From contig CAWDML010000003.1 in the NCBI GenBank assembly GCA_963803435.1, positions 160,001 through 224,000 of the forward strand: a stretch of 64,000 bases of DNA, read 5' to 3'. Positions within the stretch are counted from its first letter, which is position 1. Every line of letters begins with the position of its first letter. The position numbers and the translations under genes were made by a program. Below are positions 54,627-63,985 of this stretch, piece by piece. The notes under the pieces are model-generated. The model had not been told where the DNA came from and searched no databases. It saw only the letters and a list, made by a program, of their open reading frames with translations. Origin of the DNA: an uncultured delta proteobacterium (GTDB lineage Bacteria > Myxococcota > Kuafuiibacteriia > Kuafuiibacteriales > Kuafuiibacteriaceae).

Positions 54627-55376
54627 TCACATGTAGAGGCCGCCGTTGACGTTGAGCACCTGACCGCTCAGGTAGCCGGCGCGCTCGGAGGCGAGAAACA
54701 AGACGGCGTCCGCGATCTCGTCGGCGCTCGCCATCCGGCCCGCCGGGATCTGTCCCAGCAGCGCCTGCTGCGCCTCCGCCGGCATCGCCCGCGTCATGTC
54801 GGTGTCGACGAAGCCCGGGGCGATCACGTTGGCGGTGATGTTGCGCGAGGCCAGCTCGCGGGCGATGGACTTCGCCATCCCGTCGAGCGCCGCCTTGGTC
54901 GACGCATAGGCGGACTGACCGACGTTACCCATCTCCCCGACCACCGAGCCCATCATCACGATGCGGCCCCACTTGGCCTTCATCATGGGTCGCGAGGCGG
55001 CCCGCGCCAGATAGAACGCGCCGAAGACGTTCGTCTGGAAGATCCGCGCCAGGTCCTCGTCCTTGTAGCGCATCAACAGGCCGTCGAGGGAGACGCCGGC
55101 GTTGTTGACCAGGATGTGAAGGCCGCCGCGCTCCTTGGCGATGGCCTCCACCGCCTCCTTGCAGGCCTCCGGATCGCCGACGTCGAACCGCTTGGCCCAC
55201 GCCTTCCCGCCGGCCTGCTCGATGCTGTGGACGGTGGCGTGCGCCGCCTCCTCGTTCGAGGTGTACGAGATGACGACGTGCGCGCCTTCCCGCGCCAGCG
55301 CGACCGCCGAGGCGCGGCCGATACCGCGCGAACCGCCGGTGACGAGCGCGATCTTTCCCGAGAGTCCGAGCTCCAT
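54627..55376 (-). CDS. fabG: 3-oxoacyl-ACP reductase
   Basis: TGGSRGIG, NNAG, YASTK and VNGGLYM motifs; fab context. Confidence 0.93.
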   Translation of the reverse strand: MELGLSGKIALVTGGSRGIGRASAVALAREGAHVVISYTSNEEAAHATVHSIEQAGGKAWAKRFDVGDPEACKEAVEAIAKERGGLHILVNNAGVSLDGLLMRYKDEDLARIFQTNVFGAFYLARAASRPMMKAKWGRIVMMGSVVGEMGNVGQSAYASTKAALDGMAKSIARELASRNITANVIAPGFVDTDMTRAMPAEAQQALLGQIPAGRMASADEIADAVLFLASERAGYLSGQVLNVNGGLYM

Positions 55377-55415
55377 GGCCGGCGCCTTAGCGCCCGCGGG
55401 GCCGGAGTGGCAAGC

Positions 55416-55943
55416 TCAGAGGGAGATGCCACGGGCCTCCAGGTCGCGCAGGACCGCCTCCATCGCGCGCTCCTCCTCGCCGACCTCGAGCCCGACTGCG
55501 CGCGCCCCCTCGAGGAAGGCAAGCAGCACCATGAACACCTGGAGGGACTCCCGCTCGTGGCCCTCGTGGTGGTCGGTGACCAGGTGCTCGAGGTGTTTCT
55601 CGAGCCGCCAGAAGTCGGCGAAGCAGGCCGTCTCCGGGCACTCCGCCAGCGGTCCGGTCGACACGAAGCTCGGTGCGAACACGAAGCCGATACCGGCCAC
55701 CGCAAAGCCCCGGCCGTCGTCGAGCAGCACGCGCAGATATCGCGAGCCGAGCTGAGGGATCCGCGCCTCCTCGACGCGCGCGATCTGTCCCCAGGCGAAC
55801 GTCAATCGCTTATCGTATTCGATCTCGATCAGGGTGACCGGATCGGTCGCCGCCTTGCCGGCGACCACGCGGAACACGAACCGGCCTTGTCGCTCGAGCC
55901 ATTCGCGCAAGGTAGCTTGCGCTTCCTCTCCGAGGTACGTCAC
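55416..55943 (-). CDS. Hypothetical protein
   Basis: GTGA overlap with fabD; host-like codon usage. Confidence 0.65.
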   Translation of the reverse strand: MTYLGEEAQATLREWLERQGRFVFRVVAGKAATDPVTLIEIEYDKRLTFAWGQIARVEEARIPQLGSRYLRVLLDDGRGFAVAGIGFVFAPSFVSTGPLAECPETACFADFWRLEKHLEHLVTDHHEGHERESLQVFMVLLAFLEGARAVGLEVGEEERAMEAVLRDLEARGISL

Positions 55944-56875
55944 AGATCCTTCAACGTCTTCTCCAGCGACTCCGGATCCTGGACCGAGTGGACCTTCAGC
56001 TTGCGATCGATCCGACGCGCCAGCCCCATCAGGACCCTGCCCGGTCCGATCTCGATGCAGTCCGTCTCGCCCTGGTCGACGAGGTAGCGCACGATCTCCA
56101 CCCAGCGCACCGGCGCCGTCACCTGATCGATCAGCAGCCCCTTCACGCGGCCCGGATCCGAGTTTGGCGTCGCCTCCACGTTCGTCACCACCGGCGCGCT
56201 CGGTGCGCGCACCGTGATCGGCGCGAGCGCCTCCGCCAGCCGGTCGGCCGCCGGCTTCATCAATGCGCAGTGGAAGGGCGCGCTCACCGGCAGCGGCATC
56301 ACGCGCGATGCGCCCGCCGCCTGACAGCGCTCCGAGGCGTCCTTCACCGCGCCGGCCGCCCCCGAGATCACGGTCTGCTCCGGCGAGTTGAAGTTCGCCG
56401 CCGCCACCACGCCGCCGGTCGCCTCCCGCGCCTGCGCGCAGATCTCGGCGATCCGCTCCGGCGCCAGCCCGATCACGGCCGCCATCGCCCCCTCGCCCTG
56501 CGGCACCGCCTCCTGCATGAATCGACCTCGGGCCTGCACCAGCTTCACCGCGTCGGCGAAGGCCAGCGCGCCCACCGCCACCAGCGCCGACCACTCGCCG
56601 AGACTGTGGCCCGACGTAAATGTCGGCTTCAGACCCCCGCGGGCCTCCGCGAGCGCACGCCAGGCCGCGACGCTGGTGGTCAGGATCGCCGGCTGCGTGA
56701 TCTCGGTGCGTTTGAGCGCCGCCTCCGGACCTTCGAAGCAGAGGCTGGAGAGCTTCATCCCGAGCGCGTCGTCGGCTTCCTCGAACGTTCGTCTTGCCGC
56801 TTCGGATGCGTCCGAGAGCGCCTTGCCCATACCGCTCGATTGGCTCCCTTGCCCCGGGAACAGGAAGGTGACCAT
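55940..56875 (-). CDS. fabD: Malonyl-CoA:ACP transacylase
   Basis: FPGQGSQ, GHSLGE, VSAPFH and EIGPG motifs. Confidence 0.97.
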   Translation of the reverse strand: MVTFLFPGQGSQSSGMGKALSDASEAARRTFEEADDALGMKLSSLCFEGPEAALKRTEITQPAILTTSVAAWRALAEARGGLKPTFTSGHSLGEWSALVAVGALAFADAVKLVQARGRFMQEAVPQGEGAMAAVIGLAPERIAEICAQAREATGGVVAAANFNSPEQTVISGAAGAVKDASERCQAAGASRVMPLPVSAPFHCALMKPAADRLAEALAPITVRAPSAPVVTNVEATPNSDPGRVKGLLIDQVTAPVRWVEIVRYLVDQGETDCIEIGPGRVLMGLARRIDRKLKVHSVQDPESLEKTLKDL

Positions 56876-56933
56876 GGGCGGCCGTCTACAATGTTATTTG
56901 CTCGCCGTGCAACTCGGGGTAGGCGTCCCCTCA

Positions 56934-57914
56934 ATGGTTCGCGCGCGCATCATCGGCACAGGCAGCTACGCGCCGGAGAAGGTGGTGACCAACGACGATC
57001 TCGCCAAGCGGATCGAGACCAGCGACGAGTGGATTCGGACTCGCACCGGCATCCGGGAGCGCCGCGTCGCCAAGGAGGGCGAGCAGACGTCCGACATGGC
57101 CGCCGCCGCCGCCCGCCGCGCCCTCGAGATGGCGGGCAAGACGCCCGACGACGTCGATCTCCTGATCGTGGGCACGATCTCCGGCGACATGCCGATGCCC
57201 TCGTGCGCCACCTTCGTCCAGGCGAAGCTCGGCGCCCGCGCGCCCGCCTTCGACGTCTCCGCGGCCTGCGCAGGATCGCTGTACGGCCTGGCGATCGCCG
57301 ACAAGTTCGTGCGGACCGGCGCGGCCCAGTGCGCGGTGGTCATCGGCGTCGAGCTCCTCTCTCGCCTCCTCGACTGGGAGGACCGGAACACGTGCGTGCT
57401 CTTCGGTGACGCGGCCGGTGCCATGGTGGTCGTCCCCGAGAAGGACGAGACCCGCGGCATCCTCTCCACGCACCTCCACGCCGACGGCACGCTCACCGAC
57501 ATCCTCAAGATCCCGGGGGGCGGCTCGCGCCATCCCATCACGCACGACGTGGTGGAGCGCCGGCTCCAATTCGTGAAGATGAACGGCCGCGAGGTCTACA
57601 AGGTCGCGGTCCGCTCGCTCACCGAGGTGGTGGAGGAGGCGCTGGCCGCCGAGGGTCTGACCGCCGAGGACATCACGCACGTGGTGCCCCACCAGGCCAA
57701 CATCCGCATCGTGGAGGCCGTCCTCGAGCGCCTGCAGGTGCCCGTCGAGAAGGCCATCCTCAACATCGATCGGTATGGGAACACGTCGAGCGCCTCGGTC
57801 CCCGTCACCCTGGACGAGGGCGTGCGCGGGGGCCGGATTCAGCCCGGAGATCTGGTCGCCATGATGGCCATCGGCGCCGGCATGACCTGGGGCAGCGCCC
57901 TGATCCGCTGGTAG
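56934..57914 (+). CDS. fabH: 3-oxoacyl-ACP synthase III
   Basis: TSDEWIRTRTGIRERR, AACAG, PHQANIRI and GNTSSAS motifs. Confidence 0.97.
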   Translation: MVRARIIGTGSYAPEKVVTNDDLAKRIETSDEWIRTRTGIRERRVAKEGEQTSDMAAAAARRALEMAGKTPDDVDLLIVGTISGDMPMPSCATFVQAKLGARAPAFDVSAACAGSLYGLAIADKFVRTGAAQCAVVIGVELLSRLLDWEDRNTCVLFGDAAGAMVVVPEKDETRGILSTHLHADGTLTDILKIPGGGSRHPITHDVVERRLQFVKMNGREVYKVAVRSLTEVVEEALAAEGLTAEDITHVVPHQANIRIVEAVLERLQVPVEKAILNIDRYGNTSSASVPVTLDEGVRGGRIQPGDLVAMMAIGAGMTWGSALIRW

Positions 57915-57916
57915 GC

Positions 57917-58099
57917 TTACTCGGTCTCGACTTCGATGACGGTGCGATCGGCGTACCAGCCGCAGGCCGGGCACATCCGATGCGGCATCTTCGGCGCGGC
58001 GCAGCTCGGGCACTTGGCGAGGGACGGGGCGTGGAGCGCGTCGTGGGAGCGCTGATGCTTGCGGCGGCGGTTGCTCTTCCGCTTCCTTGGGACTGCCAT
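57917..58099 (-). CDS. rpmF: 50S ribosomal protein L32 (Zn-ribbon form)
   Basis: MAVPRKRKS, CPSC and PHRMCPACGWY motifs. Confidence 0.97.
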   Translation of the reverse strand: MAVPRKRKSNRRRKHQRSHDALHAPSLAKCPSCAAPKMPHRMCPACGWYADRTVIEVETE

Positions 58100-58148
58100 G
58101 GGACGCCCTCCTTTTCGCGGCTGAGCGCCCCTGTCAAGCGCTTCTTGA

Positions 58149-58739
58149 TTAGCTGGGCTTCTTGAGCGCCGCCAGCGGAGCCCAGCGCGGATCGCCGGCC
58201 GGACGGTTCTTCGCGTTGACGTCGTCGATGAGCGCTCGGGTGCGGGCGTCGCAGCCGGTCTCGTCCTCGCACGTCGGGTTCATCGCGATCTCGAGGAGCA
58301 GCCCCTCCCGCAGGACGTTCGGGAGGTCGACCCCATCGTCCGCATAGACGCCCTCGTCGAGCTCCGCGAAGACCGGGGTCCCGTCGGCGTCGCGGGCCAC
58401 GGTGCGCTCCGAGAACAGCATCTGCTCGAACTGCACCGCGACCGGGAGGAGGACCTCCGCCAGGCACCGCACGCAGGTCGACCGGAAGCGGGCGGTGGCC
58501 CGGCCGCGAATCAGTATGGGGGGCTGGGTCGCCATCGCCCCCATCGGCTGCACCTCCATCCGGGCGGTGGGGCCCTCCTGGCACACGAACGGGGTGGGGC
58601 CCGAGTCCAGCCCCAGCTGGCCGTCGACCCAAGCGGGGTCCAGGGTCTCCTCGAAGAGGAGGCCGTCATCAGGGAGGTGGTGAAGCTCCAGGCGCTCGGT
58701 GAGCGTGAGCCCCCGAGACCTTGCATCCGTCGCCGTCAC
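58149..58739 (-). CDS. yceD: YceD/DUF177 family protein
   Basis: CVRCL, VDLPNVLRE, C...C and DPRWAPLAALK motifs; upstream of rpmF. Confidence 0.9.
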   Translation of the reverse strand: MTATDARSRGLTLTERLELHHLPDDGLLFEETLDPAWVDGQLGLDSGPTPFVCQEGPTARMEVQPMGAMATQPPILIRGRATARFRSTCVRCLAEVLLPVAVQFEQMLFSERTVARDADGTPVFAELDEGVYADDGVDLPNVLREGLLLEIAMNPTCEDETGCDARTRALIDDVNAKNRPAGDPRWAPLAALKKPS

Positions 58740-59053
58740 GGCCTCGTCGTTGGACGGTTCTCCGGGGTCTGTCAACCCAACCGGGCAGATGTAGTCACTC
58801 CACCGACCTACGGGGCCTTGACCCCACTCTGGTTCGGGGTGATAGGAATGGGCCCCAGCGTTGGGGGGGGCGGACGCCATGTTTGCGGGGTTTTACGAGC
58901 GGGGCCGCGGATCGAAGATCCAATCATTTCGATGAGTTACTCGTTTATTCCCCGTCGCGACCGCCCCGGCACAGATCGTGATCATATGCTTGCGCAGCGA
59001 GGTGGAGCAGCCTCGCAACAGGTTGAAACGCCCATAGGTAAGGGGTCGGAATA

Positions 59054-62000
59054 ATGAGAAGAAACTACGGAAGATGGAGCAGCCTGGGGTACGTGACCCT
59101 GGCGACTGTTCTCTCCACGGCGACGTGGAGTTGTAAAAAGAGCGCCGCCCTGTGCGGCGAAGGAACCGTTCTCAACGAGCAGGGCGTTTGCGTCCCGGTC
59201 GGTGGGAACATTGTCTGTCAGCAGGGTGAGCGTCTGAACTCCACGTCGAACGCGTGCGAGCGCTTCGACCCCTGCGATGGCGTGAACTGCGCCGACGTAC
59301 CGATGCCGGCGGGCGTGAGCACCCTCGAGGCCAGCGCCCAAGGTACGGCATGCATCTGCCTGCCCACGCAGTGCAATGCGAACTACTCGCTCCAGGCCGG
59401 AGCCTGCCTCCCCATCGTGGCTTGCGACGCAGGCTACCGCCAGGAAGGCAACCTCTGCCTCCCCGTCGAAGATGTGAGCTGCTACGACGCCCCGTCGTCG
59501 CCGCTGTGCATCCCGACCCGTTGCGCGGAGCAGCCGACGGCCTCCGACGGAACCGACCTTGCCGCGCTCGGCAAGTGCCTCGAGGATCCGCCGCCGCCGC
59601 CCGAGAGCTGCACCAACAACTGCCACAACGGCATCGAGGATCCGCACCCCTGGTACGGTGGCCCCGACCTCACCTGCACCGGTTGCCACGGCGGAAACGC
59701 CGAGGCCACGACCCGCGAGACGGCCCACGTGCCGATTCCTGCGGTCTGGCAGGCGGGCAGCACGCAGTGGGGACGTCCGAACCTCCGGTACTACGGAAAC
59801 TACGTCAGCCTGTTCGGTGTTGAGAACTTCGACGGCGGCGTCGAGTGGCTCCGCTTCCGCAATCCGTCCGACCTTCGCGCGGCCGACATGAGCTGCGGCA
59901 AGAACAGCGGTTGCCACCAGGACCGTGTTGAGAACGTGCGTCGCGCCGTGATGGCGACCGAACCGGGCCTGACGGGCGTTGCGACGATGCGCGACGCGAT
60001 TCCGCGGTCGGTGATCCGCGGTGATGACCCCGTCTACAAGTGGGACACCACCGAAGCCCAGACGCTCGGTCGGCCGCAGATCGAAGCGCTCTCCTACAAC
60101 CCCGAGTACCTTGGCTCGGTCCAGCGCTTCAACAAGGCGGGCGGCGGCGTCAATCGCGAGAACTACGGCGCGTACGATCAGATCGGGATCTTGAAGGAGA
60201 TCTACGAGAAGCAGTGCGGTGACTGCCACCTCGGCCACGCCGGCTTCAACCGCCGGTATGCCGACTTCCGTACGTCCGGCTGCGGCGCTTGCCACATGTC
60301 GTACGCCCTCGACGGTCGCTCGCGGTCGCAGGATCAGATGATCAAGAAGGACGAGCCGACCTACCCGGCCGCCTACGCGCAGATCGCCAACTACAACATC
60401 AACAACATCGACGTGCAGAACCTGGCCGGCACCTGGCTTGGCCCGGAGCGTCCCCATGCGTCGTATCACCGCCTCACCCGGCAGATCGCGTCCCAGCGCT
60501 GCGGTGCGTGCCACGTCGGCTCGAACCGAACCGATTGGCAGTATCGTGGCTACCAGATCGACCCGAACCGGACCGCGTTCAACGCCCTCAACGGCGGATT
60601 CTTGAACGCCGATCAGGTCCAGTTCACGGACGAGATCGACAACAACGCCGATGCGAACGCGCGCTACCACGGTCAGGCGCAGAATCAGGTCCTCAAGTTC
60701 GTGGACTGGAACAACGATGGTCTCGACGACATCCCGACGGACATTCACTACCAGGCGGGTCTCGAGTGCATGGACTGCCACACCGGCAACGAAATGCACA
60801 ACGAGCTGCAGTTCGTGAAGGTTCGCAAGGTCACCGATTGGAGCGATCCGTCGCAGGTGGCGAACATGTCCGGAGCGCTCTGGTCCCACCAGGATCAGGC
60901 GACCGAGGTGGAGTGCGTGAGCTGCCACGGCAACCTCGAGTACCGCGCGTTGCCGTATGACGCCGACAACCGTAACCCGGTCAAGAACCTCATCGCGTGC
61001 CCCGAGGCCGGTGAGACGATTCCGGACTACCCGACGCCGGCCGAATGCGCGCAGCTCGGGCGCGGTCGTTGGCTCTTGGGCAAGTTCGACGGTCAGTGGC
61101 ACTACGTCGCGCAGACGTACGACACGGTTGCGAACGTTGGAAACGGCACCGGCGGTGGTGCGATTTGGCCGAACGGCACTCCGGTCTACACGCTCAACGC
61201 GTCGATCTTCCACGGTCGGTACAATGCCGATCTGCTCGACGGCGTCGGACCTTGCCAGAACGGAAACATCACGACCTGCTACAAGGATCAGGCGAACAAT
61301 CAGAACCCGATCACGCAGGGCTTCTCGCACCTCGGCAAGAAGGCCGTCAGCGCGAACGATCAGATGGCCGGCGGACTCGAGTGCTACAGCTGCCACGCGA
61401 CCTGGAGCAACATGTGCTTTGGCTGCCACCTACGGCTGGCGGACACGAACGGCGCGGCGAATCTGTACACGCTGTCGGACGATACGGGTGAGCTGTCGAT
61501 CGGCGTCATGACGGAGGCCGACTTCACGTACATCTCGCCGCTCGATCAGCAGTACGGCATCAACTCCGAGGGGAAGATCTCGCAGTTCGAGCCCGAGACG
61601 AAGCAGCACGTGGCCCACACGGATCGCAACAATCAGCAGTACTTCGGGACACAGGTCATCGTGAACAACGACGCCAACATCCAGTACAACATTTACCGCG
61701 ACCGCGCGGGGTACGGGACGAGGCAGTACAACACGGAGCAGGTTGGTCTTCAGGTCAATGCCGATGGGCAGCTGTACGAGCAGTTCGCTCAGATGGATAA
61801 CAACGCCGGTCAGGGGCATCAGCAGATGATGCCGCACAGCGTCCAGCGTTCGCATCCCCTGATGGACTGCAACAATTGCCATCTCGACACGGCACAGGCC
61901 AACGCGGCGGCGGTCTCCGCGCGTTGGATGGCGAATCCGAACGGCTTCGCCAATGTGTCGGCCTACCTGGCTGTCTTGCAGAACACGGGCATTACGCGAA

Positions 62001-62323
62001 ACAACTCGAACCAGACGGTCAACGTCAACGCGGCCGCCGGGTTCCGCTTCGACGCGAACATCGATCCGACGGCGTTCACCGTGAACGAGCAGTCGGACTG
62101 GTGTGTGTTGTATGACGGGGTCGATAACGGATTCCCGCTCTGCTACAACAACCACGTCATCAAGCAGGGTGGTTTCGGATTGCAGTTCGACGGGCAGTAC
62201 GCGCGTCAGTATCCGACGTTCGAACAGACGGCGGGCCCGCTGAACGGGAGGTTGCTCACCAAGATGCTGACAGAGGTCTTGGTGAACAACCAAGGTGTGC
62301 AGTACCGCTCGGGTCGGAGGTAA
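59054..62323 (+). CDS. Large multiheme c-type cytochrome lipoprotein with Cys-rich N-terminus
   Basis: Lipobox-like TWSC; nine CxxCH motifs plus CTNNCH and CGKNSGCH. Confidence 0.88.
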   Translation: MRRNYGRWSSLGYVTLATVLSTATWSCKKSAALCGEGTVLNEQGVCVPVGGNIVCQQGERLNSTSNACERFDPCDGVNCADVPMPAGVSTLEASAQGTACICLPTQCNANYSLQAGACLPIVACDAGYRQEGNLCLPVEDVSCYDAPSSPLCIPTRCAEQPTASDGTDLAALGKCLEDPPPPPESCTNNCHNGIEDPHPWYGGPDLTCTGCHGGNAEATTRETAHVPIPAVWQAGSTQWGRPNLRYYGNYVSLFGVENFDGGVEWLRFRNPSDLRAADMSCGKNSGCHQDRVENVRRAVMATEPGLTGVATMRDAIPRSVIRGDDPVYKWDTTEAQTLGRPQIEALSYNPEYLGSVQRFNKAGGGVNRENYGAYDQIGILKEIYEKQCGDCHLGHAGFNRRYADFRTSGCGACHMSYALDGRSRSQDQMIKKDEPTYPAAYAQIANYNINNIDVQNLAGTWLGPERPHASYHRLTRQIASQRCGACHVGSNRTDWQYRGYQIDPNRTAFNALNGGFLNADQVQFTDEIDNNADANARYHGQAQNQVLKFVDWNNDGLDDIPTDIHYQAGLECMDCHTGNEMHNELQFVKVRKVTDWSDPSQVANMSGALWSHQDQATEVECVSCHGNLEYRALPYDADNRNPVKNLIACPEAGETIPDYPTPAECAQLGRGRWLLGKFDGQWHYVAQTYDTVANVGNGTGGGAIWPNGTPVYTLNASIFHGRYNADLLDGVGPCQNGNITTCYKDQANNQNPITQGFSHLGKKAVSANDQMAGGLECYSCHATWSNMCFGCHLRLADTNGAANLYTLSDDTGELSIGVMTEADFTYISPLDQQYGINSEGKISQFEPETKQHVAHTDRNNQQYFGTQVIVNNDANIQYNIYRDRAGYGTRQYNTEQVGLQVNADGQLYEQFAQMDNNAGQGHQQMMPHSVQRSHPLMDCNNCHLDTAQANAAAVSARWMANPNGFANVSAYLAVLQNTGITRNNSNQTVNVNAAAGFRFDANIDPTAFTVNEQSDWCVLYDGVDNGFPLCYNNHVIKQGGFGLQFDGQYARQYPTFEQTAGPLNGRLLTKMLTEVLVNNQGVQYRSGRR

Positions 62324-62388
62324 TCCGCTCCGTGTTCGTGAGACCCCAAGACTCGGTCTTGGGTGCTTCAACCTAAGGTACTAGCTCC

Positions 62389-62430
62389 CAAAGGGGGGGT
62401 CGCGAGGCGACCCCCCCTTTGTCTTTTTTG
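62389..62430 (+). terminator. Rho-independent terminator
   Basis: CAAAGGGGGGGTCGC-GAG-GCGACCCCCCCTTTG 15-bp stem followed by TCTTTTTT. Confidence 0.9.
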
Positions 62431-62472
62431 TTGCCGCTCGGGTGCCCGCCTGTGCTCTTGTGAAGGAAGTTC

Positions 62473-63402
62473 ATGAGACGCTCCCTCCCGTACTGCCTGC
62501 TCCTTGCCTCAGCCGTGTTGCCGGCGGGGTGCCCGGACCGGAGCGATCAAACGATCGTTCGAGTGGCCGCGGATCGAACCCTCAAGGACCTGGGGCTGGT
62601 CGAGTATGTGCTGGCCGCGTTCGAGGAGGAGACGAAGACTCGGACTCGGTTGGTGTACGCCGACACCGAGACGCTGGGGAAGCAGGCGGCGTCGGGCAAC
62701 TTCGACTATGCCTTCGTGGTCTCCGAGGAGACCCAGCGGGCCCTGGAGAAGCAGTCGATCCCCATCCGTTCGGAGACCTACGCACACGAAGAGTTCGTGG
62801 TGATCGGGCCCTGGGAGAACATGCTGGGCACGCACAGCGAGGGCGATGCGGTCGAGCTGATGATGAACATCGCTCGAAGCAGCTACCGCTTCGTCAAGGG
62901 GAAGGTGGGGTCGGTCGAATACGCACGCTACCAGGCGCTCTTCGAGAAGAGCGGCGATCGTCTTCAGCCTGGCTCCGTCTTCAAGTCGGATCTCGAGGGG
63001 ACCGAGCTGGTGAACAGCGCCATCGAGAGTCGGGCCTTCGCGCTGGTGAAGCGCTCCTCCCTTCTTCAGGCCGCCCTTCAAGGGCACATGCCGCACCGGA
63101 TCTACCGCGAGGCCGATCCAGAGCTCGTCCTACGAATGGTTCTCGTCGAGATCGACCCGGCGAGGACACGGATGGAGCGAAAGCCGGCCTTGTTCGAGTT
63201 CGTCATGGGACCAAAGGGGCGAGCGTTGGTCGATAACTTCGGCGCGGAGCAGTTCGGCTACCCGATCTTCGGCGTCGGGGAGCCGCCGGAAGGGCAGGGC
63301 GCCCATGTCCCGAAGCTCACGGACAAGCCGGGGCTCGAACAGCCGACGGAGGACGAGATTGAGGCGGAAGCGCAGAGGAAGGAGCGGCAGCACGAAGAGT
63401 GA
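62473..63402 (+). CDS. TupA-like (PBP2-fold) substrate-binding lipoprotein, divergent
   Basis: Lipobox PAGC; GLVEYVLAAFEEET and EEFVVIGP recall the tungstate-binding TupA. Confidence 0.6.
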   Translation: MRRSLPYCLLLASAVLPAGCPDRSDQTIVRVAADRTLKDLGLVEYVLAAFEEETKTRTRLVYADTETLGKQAASGNFDYAFVVSEETQRALEKQSIPIRSETYAHEEFVVIGPWENMLGTHSEGDAVELMMNIARSSYRFVKGKVGSVEYARYQALFEKSGDRLQPGSVFKSDLEGTELVNSAIESRAFALVKRSSLLQAALQGHMPHRIYREADPELVLRMVLVEIDPARTRMERKPALFEFVMGPKGRALVDNFGAEQFGYPIFGVGEPPEGQGAHVPKLTDKPGLEQPTEDEIEAEAQRKERQHEE

Positions 63403-63406
63403 CGGA

Positions 63407-63985
63407 TCATTGGGCGGGCTGGCTCGCGGCCCCTTGCGCGGGTGGGGGGCTTGCGGCGCCCTCGGTCGGCTCGGTGTCCTTCACGGTCGCCTTCTTCAGC
63501 ACCAGCTCGAGCCCCTCGTCCCCCGCCTGGACCTCCTTGGCCACCAGGCCGAACAGATCGTCTGGTTTTCGGGTCATCGGATCGCCGTCGCGGTCGAGCC
63601 GTCCCATCACGATGAACGGTCCTTTGAACGGAATTCCCGGGACCATCGCGTCGCTCGCGCCGATCTCGTAGCGCTTGGGGAACTCGACCTGACCCATGCG
63701 CTGGACGGCCACCAGGCGGCCGAACTTCCCCCCGCCCTGGCTCTCGCGCACCATGATGAAGAGGACGTCGGTCGGCTTCACGTCCGATTGGGAGATCCCA
63801 TCATCGAGCTTCACCAGCCCTGAGATGGGCGCACCTGGCGGCGTCTTGTGGGCGAACGCGTCGCCGTGGGGGTTCGGCGGCTGGTCGGGAGACGCGGGAG
63901 GTGCCTCCTTCGCCGGCTCCTCCTTCGCCGGGCAGCCGGCCCCGATCATCGTCATCAGCACCAGTCCGAACCGCTTGCTCATCAT
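63407..63985 (-). CDS. Lipoprotein with CcmI/CycH C-terminal-like Ig domain
   Basis: Lipobox GAGC; ISGLVKL...VLFIMVR...VAVQR...FP....GASDAM...GRLDRDGD....PDDLFG. Confidence 0.7.
   Translation of the reverse strand: MMSKRFGLVLMTMIGAGCPAKEEPAKEAPPASPDQPPNPHGDAFAHKTPPGAPISGLVKLDDGISQSDVKPTDVLFIMVRESQGGGKFGRLVAVQRMGQVEFPKRYEIGASDAMVPGIPFKGPFIVMGRLDRDGDPMTRKPDDLFGLVAKEVQAGDEGLELVLKKATVKDTEPTEGAASPPPAQGAASQPAQ

Noticed and set aside
58966-58982. Sigma-54 promoter upstream of the cytochrome (CGGCACAGATCGTGAT)
   Set aside because: The -12 position reads GA rather than GC; support is too weak.
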